Shown here: positions 62,752-64,000 of the stretch, piece after piece
Layout of the letters: every line of letters begins with the position of its first letter
How positions within the stretch are numbered: the first letter of the stretch is position 1
Made by a program: the position numbers and the translations under genes
NCBI GenBank assembly: GCA_051531975.1
Contig: JAOPTT010000006.1
Coordinates: 64,656-128,655 of the forward strand
Source: Spirochaetaceae bacterium
Lineage (GTDB): Bacteria; Spirochaetota; Spirochaetia; DSM-2461
Length of the DNA: 64,000 nucleotides
Reading direction: 5' to 3'
Notes under the pieces: generated by a model
The model's input: only the letters and a program-made list of their open reading frames with translations
Told to the model about the DNA's origin: nothing
The model's database searches: none

Positions 62752-64000
62752 TTAAGCTAATTCGTTATCTGATACTTTATACTTAGGATCTTCAATAACA
62801 TTAACTTCAATCATACCTTCAGCATTTTTAAGAAGAAGCTGACAGTCTCTAGATAGATGAAGTAAGTGTAACTTCTTTCCAGCCTCTTTAAACTGCTCAG
62901 TAACCCAGTTTATTGATTCAATTGCAGAATGATCTGAAACTCTAACACCATTAAAATCTATATAAATCTCATTTTCAGGAGTATTAAAATCAAACAATTG
63001 TTTAAAAGTAGTTGTTGATGCAAAAAATAGTGTTCCAGTTAAATCGTATTCTCTAGCACCATCTTCTCTGATATATGACTTTACAACTAAGTTTTTGGCA
63101 CTTTCCCATGCAAATACAAGAGCAGAAATAATAATTCCAACAAATACTGCAACTGCTAAATCTGTTAATACTGTAACTATAGTAACAACTAAAATTACTA
63201 ATGCATCAGTTTTTGGTATTTTATTTAGAACATTAAATGTTTCCCATTCAAATGTACCAATAACTACCATGAACATAACACCCACTAATGCAGCTATAGG
63301 AATCATTTCGATTATTGTTGAACCAAAAAGAATAAAGCTTAATAAAAATAGTGCTGCTGATATTCCAGAAGCTCTCTTTCTACCACCAGAGTCAATATTG
63401 ATCATACTTTGTCCAATCATGGCACAACCACCCATACCACCAAATAGTCCAGTTAATACATTTGCAACACCTTGAGCAACAGACTCTTTATTACTTCTTC
63501 CCCTAGTTTTTGTTCTTTCATCTATAAGAGTTAAAGTCATCAATGATTCAATTAAACCAACAGCTGCTAAAACAAGAGCTGTTTTTGTAATTAAACCCCA
63601 AATTTCTAATGATTGAGGGATTGCTGGAAGTTTTGGTATTGGAAGACCACCTGCAACAGATGCAACATCACCTACAGTTAAAGTATCTAATTTAAATACT
63701 ATTACAGCTACAGTTGATATTATTATCGCCGCTAGTGCAGGAGGGAATGCTTTAGTTAATTTAGGTAGAAAGTGAATAATTGCCATAACAACTAATATTA
63801 ATATTCCCATTATCATTAACTGATCCACAGGAAGCCACTCACCAGTCTCTTTTACTTTAAAAGATCCAAACTGAGCTTTGAAAATTACTATCGCTAAACC
63901 ATTAACAAAACCAAACATAACAGGTGCTGGTATTAATCGAACTAGTTTTCCAAGTTTAAATGTTCCAAATAATATTTGAAAGATACCCATAATAATAACC
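62752..64000 (-). CDS. SulP/SLC26 anion transporter with STAS domain (5' end outside window)
   Basis: PVMFGFVNGLAI, ESVAQGVAN, GGCAMIGQSMIN; STAS LFFAS...DHSAIE; frame is open to the window edge. Confidence 0.93.
   Translation of the reverse strand, partial: VIIMGIFQILFGTFKLGKLVRLIPAPVMFGFVNGLAIVIFKAQFGSFKVKETGEWLPVDQLMIMGILILVVMAIIHFLPKLTKAFPPALAAIIISTVAVIVFKLDTLTVGDVASVAGGLPIPKLPAIPQSLEIWGLITKTALVLAAVGLIESLMTLTLIDERTKTRGRSNKESVAQGVANVLTGLFGGMGGCAMIGQSMINIDSGGRKRASGISAALFLLSFILFGSTIIEMIPIAALVGVMFMVVIGTFEWETFNVLNKIPKTDALVILVVTIVTVLTDLAVAVFVGIIISALVFAWESAKNLVVKSYIREDGAREYDLTGTLFFASTTTFKQLFDFNTPENEIYIDFNGVRVSDHSAIESINWVTEQFKEAGKKLHLLHLSRDCQLLLKNAEGMIEVNVIEDPKYKVSDNELA

Noticed and set aside
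14..63475. Many short antisense or alternate-frame ORFs in the track (e.g. 14-439, 6231-6593, 43801-44211, 47002-47502, 50691-50993, 63095-63475)
   Set aside because: They lie within or almost entirely within well-supported genes, lack motifs and SDs, and have shadow-ORF composition.
1..64000. CRISPR arrays, tRNA/rRNA, IS elements, prophage, frameshifted pseudogenes
   Set aside because: No spaced direct repeats, structured-RNA signatures, transposase/integrase ORFs or broken frames were seen by eye; intergenic gaps are short.

Overview
A very AT-rich bacterial chromosomal segment, almost certainly from a spirochete. The markers are the FlaA sheath gene, a spiro-SPASM protein, a UPF0164/FadL-like protein, a rod-binding-only FlgJ and amidase-GerMN-flaA order. 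Coding is dense (about 57 CDS), and I saw no rRNA, tRNA, CRISPR array or mobile element. Housekeeping genes are ruvA(partial)-ruvB-queA, tmk, tsaD, apt, carAB with ARG-box-like operators, xseAB, rpiB, an M18 aminopeptidase, a phosphosugar mutase and a partial SulP. Three envelope loci stand out. (1) A small putative OMP plus an ExbB-ExbD-TonB motor is coupled by abutting/overlapping genes to tamB-bamA-skp. (2) A FadL/PorV-like barrel with TPR lies divergent from a giant TPR protein, a 1598-aa propeller/Fn3/HAMP/PP2C sensor phosphatase and a membrane Zn-ribbon protein, suggesting trans-envelope signalling. (3) A probable glycan-modification operon (Cys-less spiro-SPASM, degenerate GT2, cytidylyltransferase, PseG-methyltransferase fusion, ATP-grasp ligase) runs into amidase-GerMN-flaA. 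Also noted are a 59-codon ORF missing from the ORF track before tsaD, a TIR-like/ankyrin protein and several apparently leaderless promoters. All family calls come from motif recognition by eye; no searches were run.
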